A DNA stretch of 64,000 nt from positions 2,604,001 to 2,668,000 of the forward strand of contig NEEC01000010.1 of assembly GCA_002189035.1 (NCBI GenBank), given 5' to 3'. Position numbers and translations under genes: made by a program. The notes under the pieces are model-generated. The model did no database searches. It was not told where the DNA came from and saw nothing but the letters and a program-made list of their open reading frames with translations. Position 1 is the stretch's first letter. Every line of letters starts with the position of its first letter. Source of the stretch: Utricularia gibba. Taxonomy: Eukaryota; Plantae; Magnoliophyta. This document shows, piece after piece, positions 14,047 to 30,107 of this stretch.

Positions 14047-14084
14047 TTTAGGGTTTAGGGTTTAATATTTAGGGTTTAGGGTTT
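14047..14084 (+). repeat. Short interstitial telomere-type repeat
   Basis: (TTTAGGG)2 TTT AATA (TTTAGGG)2 TTT read directly from the sequence. Confidence 0.85.
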
Positions 14085-14484
14085 ATATCAGCACATCAAG
14101 CCCTGATTCGGAGTGGTTGGAATGTGGGATTTTGTGGGGGAGGGTGTTAGGCAAGAGTTAAAAGGGAAAGAAGATTCCACGGGTGGTAAGTCTAAATTGC
14201 CTCTCCTCTTCTTCCTCCTGGTCTGTCTCTGACAGAGGAGAGGAGATGGCTGGTTGCTTATTGTGTACACAACCTTAATAAATTGCAATTGGATTCAGAG
14301 ATCGGGAATGATGAAACGAAACCTGCCGGCCTGGGCGAGGCAGCTCAGCTCAGCACTATCGTAATAATATAAACAAACACAACTGTTATTTTTATTTGAT
14401 GTGGGTTTTATTTATACTCCTCCTCCGGCGCTTTCTCATCCACTACTACACCTACGGGAGTCTGGAGTCTTGTTTTGTATCCGA

Positions 14485-14904
14485 ATGAATCCTCAGCAGG
14501 TCGCGCCGCCATACCTGAAGAAGGGCTCCCAGTTCCGGGGGGTCCGGAAGCGCCCATGGGGACGATACGCGGCGGAGATACGGGATCCCTGGAAGAAGAC
14601 CAGGAAATGGCTCGGTACCTTTGACACAGCGGAGGAAGCCGCCCATGCTTATGACGTCGCCGCCAGGACTCTCCGCGGCGCCAAGGCGAAAACCAACTTT
14701 GCTTACCCTGGGCCGCCGCAGACCCAGCAACCCTTTTACTGGTTTCCGATGGATTTCACGGCGCCACCTCATCATCGGGTTTATCACGTGCTGGAGGGAT
14801 GCGGAGCCGGTGGAGGGCAGGAGCAGATGAAAAGTAGCGGCGGCGCGCAGGAGAAGGAGCCGGTGGTTTTGTTCGACCTCAACCTCCCGCCGCCGCTGAT
14901 TTGA
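14485..14904 (+). CDS. ERF12: AP2/ERF group VIII repressor with EAR motif (ERF12-like)
   Basis: Intronless. AP2 domain [37 protein letters not shown]...AKTNF and C-terminal EAR motif FDLNLPP. Confidence 0.88.
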   Translation: MNPQQVAPPYLKKGSQFRGVRKRPWGRYAAEIRDPWKKTRKWLGTFDTAEEAAHAYDVAARTLRGAKAKTNFAYPGPPQTQQPFYWFPMDFTAPPHHRVYHVLEGCGAGGGQEQMKSSGGAQEKEPVVLFDLNLPPPLI

Positions 14905-15543
14905 TCCCCTCCGGCCGCCGTTCCTCCACTCTGAGTCATATTTATTGAGTGAATGTACTATGTTTTTTGTACAGATATCATCCTCGCTGTCGAATGCTGA
15001 TGAGGGAAAAGGTGTGGAGCAGCAGTCATCATGAATATGTCTCTCCTTTTCCATGTAACAAACCATCACTTAAATGTCTCCGGTAGCCCATTCAAAAATA
15101 AACTTCACCACTTCAACCAGATTCTCTCATGACTCGTCCTTCAATCGGAGCAAATGGGGTTTCAAGCAGACCCCTTGTTATGAAGTTCATTCATCAGAAT
15201 CCTGAAAATCCAAAGCAAATTTTGATGTATCATTTAGTTGATTCATTAAAATTTTAGAGAGTGGTTGGTTCAGAGAGGATGTGCATTCCCAGGACACTTT
15301 GGCACGAAGGGGAAGAGTTCAGTTAGGCAGAAGCTAAGCCTGAACTTAACTTCCAAGTATGATTCCCCTTGTAATGTATTCCCAGGGGCCAGGACAATTT
15401 GCAAACCACAAGCTAACTCAAAGGATAAGGGGCAAGCCAGTGTGCCTAGGGTGAGGAGATCCCTTACAGGCTTCTGCTGGTACTTGGCGTAGTGGTTTTG
15501 ATGTTATGTTGATAAAAATATAGATAAAGGTACAATCACATGA

Positions 15544-15614
15544 GCACCAGTGGTCTAGTGGTAGAATAGTACCCTGCCACGGTACAGACCCGGGTTCGAT
15601 TCCCGGCTGGTGCA
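15544..15614 (+). tRNA. tRNA-Gly (GCC)
   Basis: 71-nt GCACCAGTGGTCTAGTGG...GTTCGATTCCCGGCTGGTGCA, anticodon GCC at 15576-15578, followed by T-runs (Pol III terminator). Confidence 0.98.
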
Positions 15615-16493
15615 ATTTCGTTTTTGTTTTTTATCTCATGAATTTTATCCTTTTCATGTTAATTTAGAAGAGAAATGGGGTGGGGACTCCATTCCCTGTT
15701 TTTTTTTTTTTTTTTTTTCAAAATTGCAGCTGCACCTTCCCCAACCCAAACACACGTCTCGTGGGACCGCGAATACCTCACCCTGATGCCCAATATTTGC
15801 GGTTGGATGTAAAAGTTAGATTTTGTCAGATCAGATCTTCCTGTCCGAATATTATTTCAACGGGCGCCGCTGCAGCTCCGATCGAGCATCGGAGGAATAC
15901 TCGGCCTGGATCGCCGAACGCTCCGGCACGAGATCGTTGCCTGGCTGATGACCCAAAACTATCGGACTCCAAAACGGTAGATTAAATTGTAATGGATATC
16001 TATCAAAATATCCATAAAAAGTTGTATTTTTTTATTAGATGTAATAAGATGTTAATTTTAAGTGCATTACTTTATATGATAGATATTGTAAATTGGATTA
16101 TCAATGAGAAATTAAAAAAGTGAATTTAACTAATTATTGAATTATAATTGAAACCTAAATTATTATTATTTAAATATATTGAACCCATTTTCTTATTTTA
16201 TTTACGAAATATTGAATTAGAATTAATTAAGATTCACACCCATCGTTTTAAATTTGAACTTCTTTGAATATCGCAGGCCGAGTCTGTAAATTGAATTAAC
16301 GGTGGCAGTGACACGGACACGGGAAGAGGGGACACGTTGATGCATGTATAAGACTGTAGGTGGAGATTAATATTCTTCCATAAAAGCTATCGAAGATTTG
16401 AGGGAAAAGAAGAAAAGGAAGTGGAACGGCTGCGGTGCGCGATGCGAAAAGGAAGGGGAGTTGCGACTCTTGACTCAGTGCGATGAAGTTGGG

Positions 16494-16501
16494 GAATATA
16501 C
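16494..16501 (+). promoter_or_regulatory. P1BS (PHR1-binding site) upstream of PHT1
   Basis: GAATATAC matches GNATATNC, about 25 nt upstream of a TATA-like CATAAATA (16527-16534). P1BS is the established Pi-starvation element of PHT1 promoters. Confidence 0.6.
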
Positions 16502-16809
16502 TAAGGAACATCCGTCGCGCTTCCCACATAAATATGGCCGGAAACCTCTTCTGTTTTTCACTGTGAATGTGCTTCAGACATACACTTGTCACTTTTCTCC
16601 GCATTTCAGCGATCAGGTTTTCTGATTTCTTCTGTTTCTGATCCCAAAATCTGGGTTTTTATTTTATTTTTTCAGTTCTGTGCATGAACGATTACGTGGG
16701 TTTTCTTGTCGATGTTGGGTTTCTTCTTTGACTGCCAGTGACGGATTTAATTGATTTTCTATTGTGCCGTTTCTCTGATTCTGGTTGATTAACTTTGATG
16801 CAGATAGGA

Positions 16810-18484
16810 ATGCCGGGGGAGAATTTGAGCGTACTCAACGCCCTAGATGTTGCGAAAACGCAATGGTACCATTTCACTGCAATTGTGATTGCGGGAATGG
16901 GGTTTTTCACCGATGCATACGATCTGTTCTGCATTTCACTTGTTACCAAAATGCTGGGTCGGATTTATTACCATGTTCCTGGTTCATCTAAACCCGGAAG
17001 CCTCCCTCCAAACGTCTCCGCCACCATCAATGGCGTGGCGCTGTGCGGGACGTTGGCGGGCAACTGTTTTTTGGGTGGCTTGGTGACAAAATGGGGAGGA
17101 AGAGAGTTTATGGGGCAACTCTAATGTTAATGTGCATCTGTTCAATCGCATCAGGGCTCTCGTTTGGGCGGGATGCGAAAGCGGTTATGTCAACTCTTGC
17201 TTTCTTCAGATTCTGGCTTGGTTTCGGAATTGGTGGGGATTATCCCCTTTCAGCAACCATCATGTCGGAGTACGCGAACAAGAAGACTCGTGGGGCGTTT
17301 ATAGCGGCTGTGTTTGCTATGCAGGGATTTGGGATCATGGCTGGTGGAGTTTTTGCTATGATTGTTTCTGCTGCTTTTGAAGCCAGGTTTAAGGCTCCTG
17401 CTTATCAAGTTGATCCCGATAGATCAACAGTTCCGGCGGCGGATTATGTCTGGAGAATCATTCTGATGGCCGGCGCTCTCCCGGCTTTGCTTACCTTCTA
17501 CTGGCGACTTAAGATGCCGGAAACAGCAAGATACACTGCGCTTGTCGCCAAGAATGCTAAACAGGCCGCAGCTGATATGTCAAAGGTTCTGCAGACTGAT
17601 ATTCAAGTGGAGAATCACAAGGTGACCATCTTTTTCCTTTTCCTTTCCCTTTCCACCGTGAAGATAGAGCAAGATGATGATATAGCACATAAATTTTGTA
17701 GGTGGAGCAAGCTGCTGGGCAAGGGAGGAATGCTTATGGCCTTTTCTCTAAGGAATTCGCAAAGCGCCATGGACTGCACTTGGTTGGAACTACAACAACA
17801 TGGTTTCTGCTAGATATCGCATTCTACAGTCAGAATCTTTTCCAGAAAGACATCTTCACCGCGGTGGGCTGGATCCCACCTGCGAAAACCATGAATGCAA
17901 TCGAAGAAGTCTTCACAATCGCCAGAGCTCAAACGTTGATCGCTCTCTGCAGCACTGTCCCTGGATACTGGTTCACAGTGGCCCTCATCGACGTGCTAGG
18001 GAGGTTCACTATTCAGATGATGGGATTCTTCTTCATGACAGTCTTCATGTTTGCTCTGGCGTTCCCTTACAATCACTGGATAAAGCCCGAGAACCGAATC
18101 GGGTTCGTCGTGATGTACTCCTTTACCTTCTTCTTCTCCAACTTCGGTCCGAATGCAACCACATTCGTCGTCCCCGCTGAGATTTTCCCCGCACGTCTAC
18201 GCTCCACTTGCCATGGGATATCTGCAGCTTCCGGGAAGCTCGGAGCCATTGTGGGTGCATTTGGGTTCTTGTATTTAGCTCAGAGCCGGGATCCTAAGAA
18301 GACAGATGCAGGCTACCCCCCTGGTATCGGCGTGAAGCATTCACTGATAGCGTTGGGCGTGGTTAATCTGCTGGGACTTGTGTTCACGTTTTTGGTCCCC
18401 GAACCCAAGGGGAAGTCTCTGGAAGATCTCTCCGGAGAAAACGAAGATTCCGGTGAAAGGAGCGGCGGCACGCAGGCGGTCTGA
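16810..18484 (+). CDS. PHT1: High-affinity inorganic phosphate transporter PHT1; frameshifted as assembled
   Basis: [22 protein letters not shown]..., signature [13 protein letters not shown], one 80-nt GT-AG intron at 17622-17701. One missing G at 17058-17060 (GCG GG- CAA) splits ORFs 16795-17124 and 17043-17813. Confidence 0.87.
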
Positions 18485-18868
18485 AATACATCCATTCATT
18501 CCCGATCCCTGCTTTCTACCTTCTGAGGCGACGATTCATATATTCGCTTATTTAAAATAAGTTATTTTTTTATGCCAATGCCTTTTGGATGACGACAACC
18601 ATAATTTTTTTTAGTATTAAAGTTTTTTATTTTGAAAAATAGAATAATTTAATATATCAATTACAGTATATTTAGAGACCATTATTAGTTGGTTAAATCA
18701 TTCAATATTAATTTTTACACCGCATAAATATTGATAGTTTTTCAATTTTTTATAATAATATTAAGCTTTTTATTACCTTTTTTGGAAATGAAATGACATT
18801 TTTTTTTTCATTGAGATTTTATACTGCATATCACAATAAAGGCTATGTGGAAGCCATTAGAGCTCACT

Positions 18869-18924
18869 CTCACATGCACACTGCAAGATGGCACTCTTCC
18901 TCCACCGCCAGCTTCCCTATAAAT
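18869..18924 (+). promoter_or_regulatory. Legumin-box-like RY element and TATA box of the 11S gene
   Basis: CACATGCACACTGCAAGATG (RY core CATGCA at 18873-18878) resembles the legumin box; TATAAAT at 18918-18924. Confidence 0.65.
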
Positions 18925-18976
18925 TCGTACCCTATTCTGCGGTTCTGATCATCCACATCCGTTGTTCATCTTTGCC

Positions 18977-20516
18977 ATGGCTTCTACGCTCAAGCTTCTC
19001 TTCCTGGCGCTTGCCTCCTTTCTTCTTTTATCCTCCGTCGCCATAGAAGCGGCGTTCCAGGGGCGCCAGGGCCGCTGCAGCATCGACAAAATCGACTCCC
19101 GTGAGCCGTCCTACACCCGCGAGGCCGAAGGGGGCGTCACCGAGTTCTGGGATCACAAAAATGATGAGTTCCAGTGCGCCGGAGTCTCCATCCACCGCCA
19201 CCGCCTCCGCCGGAATGCTCTCATGCTCCCTGCGTACAACAACGCCCCTGTTCTCGCTTACGTTGTTCAGGGTAAGTAGATTCCATTTACATTGGCGTTA
19301 ATGATTTTCTAACGTAATTTCGGATTATTGCAGGCAAGGGTATGTTTGGGATGATGATCTCCGGTTGCCCTGAAACCTACGAATCACCCCAGGAATGGGA
19401 GCAGAGTGCCGGTGAAGGAGGGAGGAGATTCAGGGATAGGCATCAGAAAGTTGGGCGTTTCAGTCAAGGAGATGTTGTTGCGATTCCTGCCGGTGCTGCT
19501 CACTGGGCATACAACAATGGCGAAGAAGAGCTCGTTATCGTTGCTCTGCAGGACAATTCAAACTTCGCCAATCAACTTGATCAGGACCCAAAGGTAAATA
19601 GAGATTCTGTTGATCTGGAAACTGCATATGATTACAGAGGATGCTGATTTTGTGCTGTTGCTAGTCTTTCTTCCTCGCCGGAAATCCTCAAAGGGGACAA
19701 GGGCAGAGCGCGCGTGCCAGCAGGGGTACCCCACGCGGCGGCGAGCATGAGTTTGGGAATGTTTTCCGGGGATTTGACGCTCGCCTTTTATCGGAAATAT
19801 TCCAAGTAAACGAGGAGACAGCAAGGAAGCTCCAGGGAGAGGATGATAACAGGGGTCACTTGATCATCGTCGAGAGATCGCTTCAAGTGCTTTCCCCACC
19901 ACTCCGTGGCGAGGAGAGAGAATACGGCGGTCGGATGGAGGAGTCCGCCGGAAATGGACTTGAGGAGACCATTTGCTCGGCAAGAATCAGGGAGAACATC
20001 GACAGACCTTCTCGCGCCGACGTTTATAACCCACGCGCCGGTCGCTACAGCACTGCCAACAGCCTCACCCTCCCCATTCTCCGCTTCCTCGGACTCAGCG
20101 CCGCCAGAGGCGTTCTCCAGCAGAACGCGATAATGTCGCCGCACTGGTTCATCAACGCACACAGCATCGTGTACTTCACCCGAGGACAGGGGCGAGCGCA
20201 GGTGGTGAACAACCGTGGAGAAGCGGTGTTCGACGGCCAAGTGAAAGAAGGGCAAGTTTTGGTGGTGCCGTTCAACTTCGCCGTGGTGAAGCAGGCGTCG
20301 GAACAGGAAAGTCTTGAATGGGTGGAGTTCAACACCAACGACAATGCAATGATCAACACACTCAGTGGCCGAACTTCCGCTCTTCGTGCGATGCCAGCGG
20401 ACGTCCTCGCGGCGGCATATCAGATTCCGAGGGAGGAGGCGCAGAGGCTCAAGTTCGCCAGGATTGAGACCTTCTTCAGCACCGGCAAGAGCACCGGCCG
20501 GAAGTCGTCGGCGTGA
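18977..20516 (+). CDS. 11S globulin (legumin-type seed storage protein)
   Basis: Exons 18977-19271, 19334-19593, 19665-20516. Signal peptide, bicupin, conserved Asn-Gly cleavage site N|GLEETIC, YNPRAGR. Frame intact. Confidence 0.95.
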
Positions 20517-20880
20517 AGGAAATGTAACGGTTTTTGAGGAAATAAGAGTGTCCTGAGGGAATGGGAATAAATAATGACACCTCAAACTCAAAAGTCAAAA
20601 CCTTGTGCTTTTATGCAATTTCATAAATTTAATTAAATAAATTCATAAAAAAATAAATAATAAAAATATTGGAAATATATTTTTTAAAACACAAGGACGA
20701 CGATCCCCCAAAGAGCCGAACTGTCAAAAGTGGGTGGGTTGGGACCTGGGGACCCTAAAAGGAGCTTCAGCGGGTACGTGGCGCGTTCAGGAGCACGTTC
20801 TGGGTGTTGAATTTCTTCAAGTTTTCCGGTGGTTGAGAGAAGGAGCCTGCCTTTGGCTTTAAGTTGCCGCTGGATTTTGG

Positions 20881-22721
20881 ATGCCCCAAGCGACGGAGCA
20901 AGAGATGGAGGGATCTCATGCCGTACAAGTGAGCGGCATGCAATTCTCTTACGATGATCCTAGCACGCCTTTGTTCTTCAATTTCAGCCTCAGTGTCTCA
21001 CCCGGCTCCCGATGTCTTCTTGTGGGCGCCAATGGATCTGGTGAGGAGAGGAGAGGGCATTTCCTTTCAGAATTCTGATTTCGATGGTTCGGTTTGTTGG
21101 GTGGTTTTGATTTACTTTTTCTGGGCAGGGAAGACGACTTTATTGAGGATACTGGCAGGGAAGCATATGGTGGGCGGGAGAGATGTCGTTACAGTGTTGA
21201 ATCGCTCTGCTTTTCATGATACAAATCTTGTTTGTAGCGGTGACTTGGCTTATTTGGGAGAATCCTGGAGTAAATCTATTGGATCAGCTGTGAGTCTATG
21301 TAGTTTCTTATAATATGATTGTCGAAATTGATTTGTTTGGTTGCTTTCCGTTTTTGTTTAATGTTTGTAGCTGCCTACTTGAAGGTAAAGTGTGTTGTCT
21401 TGCTGATTTTCTTCACAATCTGATAGGGGGAGCTGCCACTCCAAGGAGATTTCTCTGCGGAGCATATGATATTTGGAGGTTCGTGGTCACTTATTTTCCA
21501 CTTCATATATCTGATTACTAAGCATTTGAAAGCAGCGAGATCATTGACTCATACGATTATTGCCCTGAGCTTTTCTTTAATATGATTCAGTTGAAGGGGT
21601 TGACCCCATCAGGAGAAAGAAGTTGATTGAACTTTTGGATATTGATCTTCAATGGAGGATGCATAAGGTCTCTGATGGCCAACGGCGCAGGGTTCAAATC
21701 TGCTTGGGACTCCTTAATCCTTTCAAGGTACCTTGCCCATACGTTGCATGTGCTGACATCAATACGTTTGATAAGCATCACTCGTGCAAATCAGCACTTC
21801 AATTCTTTTAATATCCAAATTTTCTTGGGTCTTCTTCATCTTTGCAAACTACCTCTTTCATAGTGGCTGGTTGTAACAAATGCCGAGTTACTCATGGAGC
21901 TTTAAGTGCTAGAACATTTTCTTTATCAAATAAAAAATTATGCCGAGACTTTGACAGAATAGAAGCTAAAACCACACTTTGATTTAGAGTTAGTACAGTT
22001 TTTCTTTAGTCTCCTTCACCCTATCAAGGTTGATATTTCCTACCAAGTTGGGTGTTTCTGACACCATCGACTATAAATCTTTGGTATGTTCTTGTGTTAT
22101 ACTAGTAGAGTTGTTAATTGGCTTCTTTATTAATCAATATTTCGTGTTAACAGATTTTCTTTTTTTGCATTGGAGGGATTACATGCTATATCTGTACTGT
22201 GTGCAGCTGCGCTAACCATAAGCTACCGTCCTCCAGGTTCTTTTGCTTGACGAGATAACAGTCGACTTAGACGTCGTGGCACGGATGGACTTGTTGAGCT
22301 TTCTAAGAGAGGAGTGTGAGCAGGTAATTCATTTCAGAACGCTCTCAAAAAACTCACCCCATTCTTTATCAATCCGCATCATCCTCAAGCTACGCCCCAA
22401 CTGCATATGTTTCAGAGGGAAGCAACAATCGTCTACGCAACTCACATCTTCGACGGGCTGGAGAGCTGGGCAAGTCACGTTGTTTATGTCCAAGATGGTG
22501 CCCTGAAGACGATGGAGAAGCTGTCTGAGCTTCAAGAACTCAAGAACTCCCCTAACCTCCTCTCAGTTGTGGAATCATGGCTGCGGTGCGAAGCTACAGA
22601 GATGGAGAAGAAGAAGAAGAAGGAGCCCTCGAGCTTCGTTACTCAAACTCAGCCTCCCAAGCCCTCCCTGTCCGATCGATCACCCTTCAGGTCTTCAAGG
22701 CATATGGCCTACTTCCGGTAG
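20881..22721 (+). CDS. ABCI21: Soluble ABC-I family ATPase (ABCI19/ABCI21, NAP2-like)
   Basis: Six exons: 20881-21040, 21129-21289, 21427-21478, 21591-21727, 22237-22323, 22416-22721. Walker A GANGSGKT, signature VSDGQRRRV, Walker B LLLDE, C-terminus [14 protein letters not shown]19 versus ABCI21 orthology is not resolvable by eye. Confidence 0.88.
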
Positions 22722-23471
22722 TATGCACGCTGAAAAAGAGAACTGCGGGAAGCTCGCTTTCCAGTTATGTTGTTGTATTTTATTAAATTGTATTTTCGGA
22801 ATAAATTAATTATAAATTGGCATATGCGTTACAGCGTTACTTCTCGTGAACAAGTATATAAAATAAATAAAAAAGAAAACTTAAATTGTTTTCTGTGGGC
22901 CCCAAATTTTGTTTTAATATATAATACGATATTAATTATTATTATTATTATTACTACTTATTTATAACAGTTTCCCTGCAACGAAATCTGAGGATTTCAC
23001 GTTTCTTGGTCATTCACCTGTCTCGGTCTGCTCCTCTCCTCTGGTCTGATCTTTTGCTCTTGTTTTGCCTTCTAATCTTCTCTTCGTGGCGTATAGGCTT
23101 TCCCTCTCCACAGATCTCCGCCTCCGTTTCTGGAGTGCAGCTTTTCTCCCCATGGATCCATGGTTTTTGTTTTCAATTCCGATTGCTCCTGTTCTGGGCT
23201 TCCATGATTAGAGAGGAACGCTTGGGGCTTCCTCACTCGACTTCTCCCCTTGGGGGTTTCTGTTCATATCAACGGTTTAACGTGGTTCAACCGGCGGAAA
23301 AGAACTACTGATCGGCAACTTGGGCACTATTTATGGTTTCGCTGTTGAGTTAACCTAGTTGTGTTATTTAGTTTGGGATTTCTTGTGGGAGAGTATTTTT
23401 TGTTTTGAGATTCGGGTTTATTTGAATTTTTTTTGAGCCTGGGCTGGTTCCGGGTTATTAGATTAGTTGAT

Positions 23472-27266
<3,795 letters not shown>

Positions 27267-27877
27267 ACTGGGTATGCTTCTCTTGATAACCCGATGTGAA
27301 AAACCTTTCCTCCATGTCTTTCTTCATATCCTTGGCTCTCTGCCGGGCTGGCCGGACCTGATCCGGTTGACGAATCTTGACTTGCTGCTTTGTAAATGTT
27401 AAGGCACATTGTGGCGCAAGTGCAGCAAGATCTCCTTACGTAGAGCTGCTTTGTTCCTCCTACGCCTAGTCATGTCACTTGTGCCTTTGCATGCTCATCA
27501 AGGACGCGCGAAACGGGATGTGGCAAATTTTCCATTTTTCAGAGACAAGATTCTGTGTAATGTTAACATTTTTTTTTTTTTTATCAGCATGTAATGTTTA
27601 CAATTATTGTAATGGGTTTGCTAAGGTGAATGAGCTTGATGTCTTGTTGTTTCTGACTCGGGATATAGGGCTTTTCACATGTGAGAAGACAAATATCTGC
27701 AAGTTTGACTCAAATTTCATGTTGGGTGGTGTAACTTTTTCTTTGAGTAGAATCATTATCGTGGAGTAGTAGGTATAATGTGTTCGATCAACAACACACA
27801 GGAAGGCTGCACAGTGTAATGTTGGAGCACAGCTAACCAAAGAAATGGATGCATAAATCTCCGGCAGCCGCAGCAGC

Positions 27878-29478
27878 TCAACCACTTCGGAGGGCTGCCA
27901 ATCTCTTCTCCAGATCATCCTCTACACTTGAACTGGAAAAGGGCAAAGACCAACTGATATCGATATGCATCCACTTATCAATCAAATGCTGGAAAATTAA
28001 ATCTCAAGAGTATGGGAGGATGTACCTGGCAGCGTCTTCTGTTCTCTTTCCAGCAAGTTTACCTTTGGGCGCAGCAGACAACTGTTATGGATCCAACAAG
28101 GCATATTAAGTTTACTGATAGGCGGAGTTTGCAATCTCGTGCTTTTCAGGATTAAACTAACCTGTGAGGCGATATCAACGCCGATTTCATCCAGCACCTG
28201 GAGTTTTTTGTTTTGTTTGAGTTAGTGAGTGTGCAGAAGACAAAGATTGAGGCGCAATGTCTTGAGCTACAACGGCAAAACAAATACCTGATTGGTCAGC
28301 TCTTCAGTTTCATCTTCAGCCTCATCATTATCAAGAACATCATCTATGGCATCCGCCATCATCTCGGCCTATGAGAACAAATCCACCATAGAAGAAGATG
28401 AAGCACAAACCAAACGGAAAAAATTGGTGTTGATTTGACAGGAAAAATAGGTATGTCTTGCTTGAGATTGTAGCCAGAACTCACAGTCATATCCATTTGT
28501 GCTGATTGCTTCTGGAATTCTAGAATAACTTTGGCCTGCTTTTCCGGGGCCATTTGCTGCAAGAAAAGATAATGATAAAAGGGTAAATGGGAACATTATG
28601 CTAGCATGCCAGAAAATCTCAGATATAAACAATGTGATGGCAGCTCCCTCGGAACAATTGATCCACAGACCCCATACGAAAAGTGAATATAAACATGCGA
28701 GATAACATTTATCAAGTTTAAGTTCTAACCTTATTCATTGCTCCTATTGCTTTACTAGCACCCTTCATCGCAGATGAAACAGATGTCTGAGCAGACATGG
28801 CCTGCAAAGAAATTTGTCTGTTTAATCCACCCAGCTTAAACATGAAATCTGAATAATGTTGGCAGGTTTAGTCTTTCTACCTGTGTGTGGGTTGCTATAC
28901 CTCTCATCTGTGCTCGACTACCCTGTAAATTGGCTATTTGTTGCCGAAGCCTGACCAGTTGCCGAGCAAGAATTTTGGTGGCTGCCTGGAAAACACAGTT
29001 GGCGCTAAGAGTATCTAAATAAGATAGTGCTGCCTGTATAGAGCAAAGCTGACCTCATTTCCTGTCTTAGCCGTTCTCTTTATTTCAGCTACAAGCTTCT
29101 TTTCCTGCAATTTGAAAAAAAGTATCGCATCAACTTTACACCAATCAACGAGAAAATTAAGTAATTAGCCAATCATCAAGTTTGCATACCTCTAGCTGCA
29201 ACGCATGTATTTCCCTCTCAATCCCTGGGACAAATCAGGGGATAAATCAACACACGTAACCTCGCAAAATCCTAAAACAACCACAATTCAAATGCCAGAA
29301 CAGGAAGGGTAAAACCAAACCTCGTGTTGCATTGGCCAAATCTCGCTTACTCTCCCGGAGAGTCTCTGCAACAGATCGGACCAAAGTTTACTATATGGAA
29401 AAATTCCAAATGAATCAAACATGACAGACTCATCAAAACCAAACCTTTGGGTGTGGGTTTCCGGGAGAAGATGTTCAT
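27878..29478 (-). CDS. VPS2.3: ESCRT-III subunit VPS2 homolog 3 (CHMP2)
   Basis: Ten exons: MNIFSRKPTPK-ETLRESKRDLANATR-GIEREIHALQLE-EKKLVAEIKRTAK...QVLDEIGVDIASQ...DDLEKRLAALRSG. Confidence 0.92.
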
Positions 29479-30087
29479 GCTCGGAGAATCCGTGCAGAAT
29501 GCAGGTTCAAGGTTTCTGCGTCCTCGGGAACGGGAATTCCGCTGCAAATTGCAAGCCCTTATTCCTGGTGCTTAACGCTGCTTACCGCTTCTCTCAACAC
29601 TTAATTAACACGCCATCTCCCCTTCATCCCCATCAATTCTCGAATTCAAAGTGCTTGTCTTTTGCGCGTGCATTTTGACTCCCTCCCAGTCTCTGTGGAT
29701 GATTGCAGGGTGCAGGCCTGCAGTGGTGAACGTATTCACATGCGACACATGGCCCAGGCCCAATAAGACCCACACAACACCAGCCCAATAGGATTTGACC
29801 TACTTATTCTTTCTAAATAAACTATAAATCAGAGAATACAAATATTTTTAATATAAAATCTTATATGAATATAAGATCTTTAATTTCAACAAATAGAAAT
29901 AGCATGTATATACTTGATATAAGAGTTTAGAGATTTTTCATATAAAATAGGTCATAAGGATGAAATGGGTAAAAACTTTTCTATTGTAATTTAATATATT
30001 TGAATTGAATTGAAGGAAAGGGATGAGGATTATTTTTCAAAATTAGCCCATCAACACAAAAAGAATTCATTTTATTGTAATTTGAGG

Positions 30088-30107
30088 TGACGTCAAGTAA
30101 TACGTCA
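30088..30107 (+). promoter_or_regulatory. as-1/ocs-type TGA-binding element in the PCS/VPS2.3 divergent promoter
   Basis: TGACGTCAAGTAATACGTCA, 20 bp, with both half-sites at the spacing of the ocs consensus TGACGTAAGCGCTTACGTCA. Confidence 0.7.

Noticed and set aside
15544-15720. Dicistronic tRNA-Gly-snoRNA gene (known in Arabidopsis); same idea considered for tRNA-Met
   Set aside because: Both tRNAs are followed immediately by T-run terminators, with no C/D boxes downstream.
17622-17701. Reading this PHT1 segment as a coding insertion plus frameshift
   Set aside because: GT-AG ends, a pyrimidine-rich interior and exact frame restoration on splicing indicate an intron.
19788-20591. 267-aa antisense ORF over the 11S gene (also 14452-15069 over ERF and 7194-7769 within SULTR3)
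   Set aside because: These are shadow ORFs of GC-rich coding sequence with no recognisable motifs, and they lie over well-supported genes.
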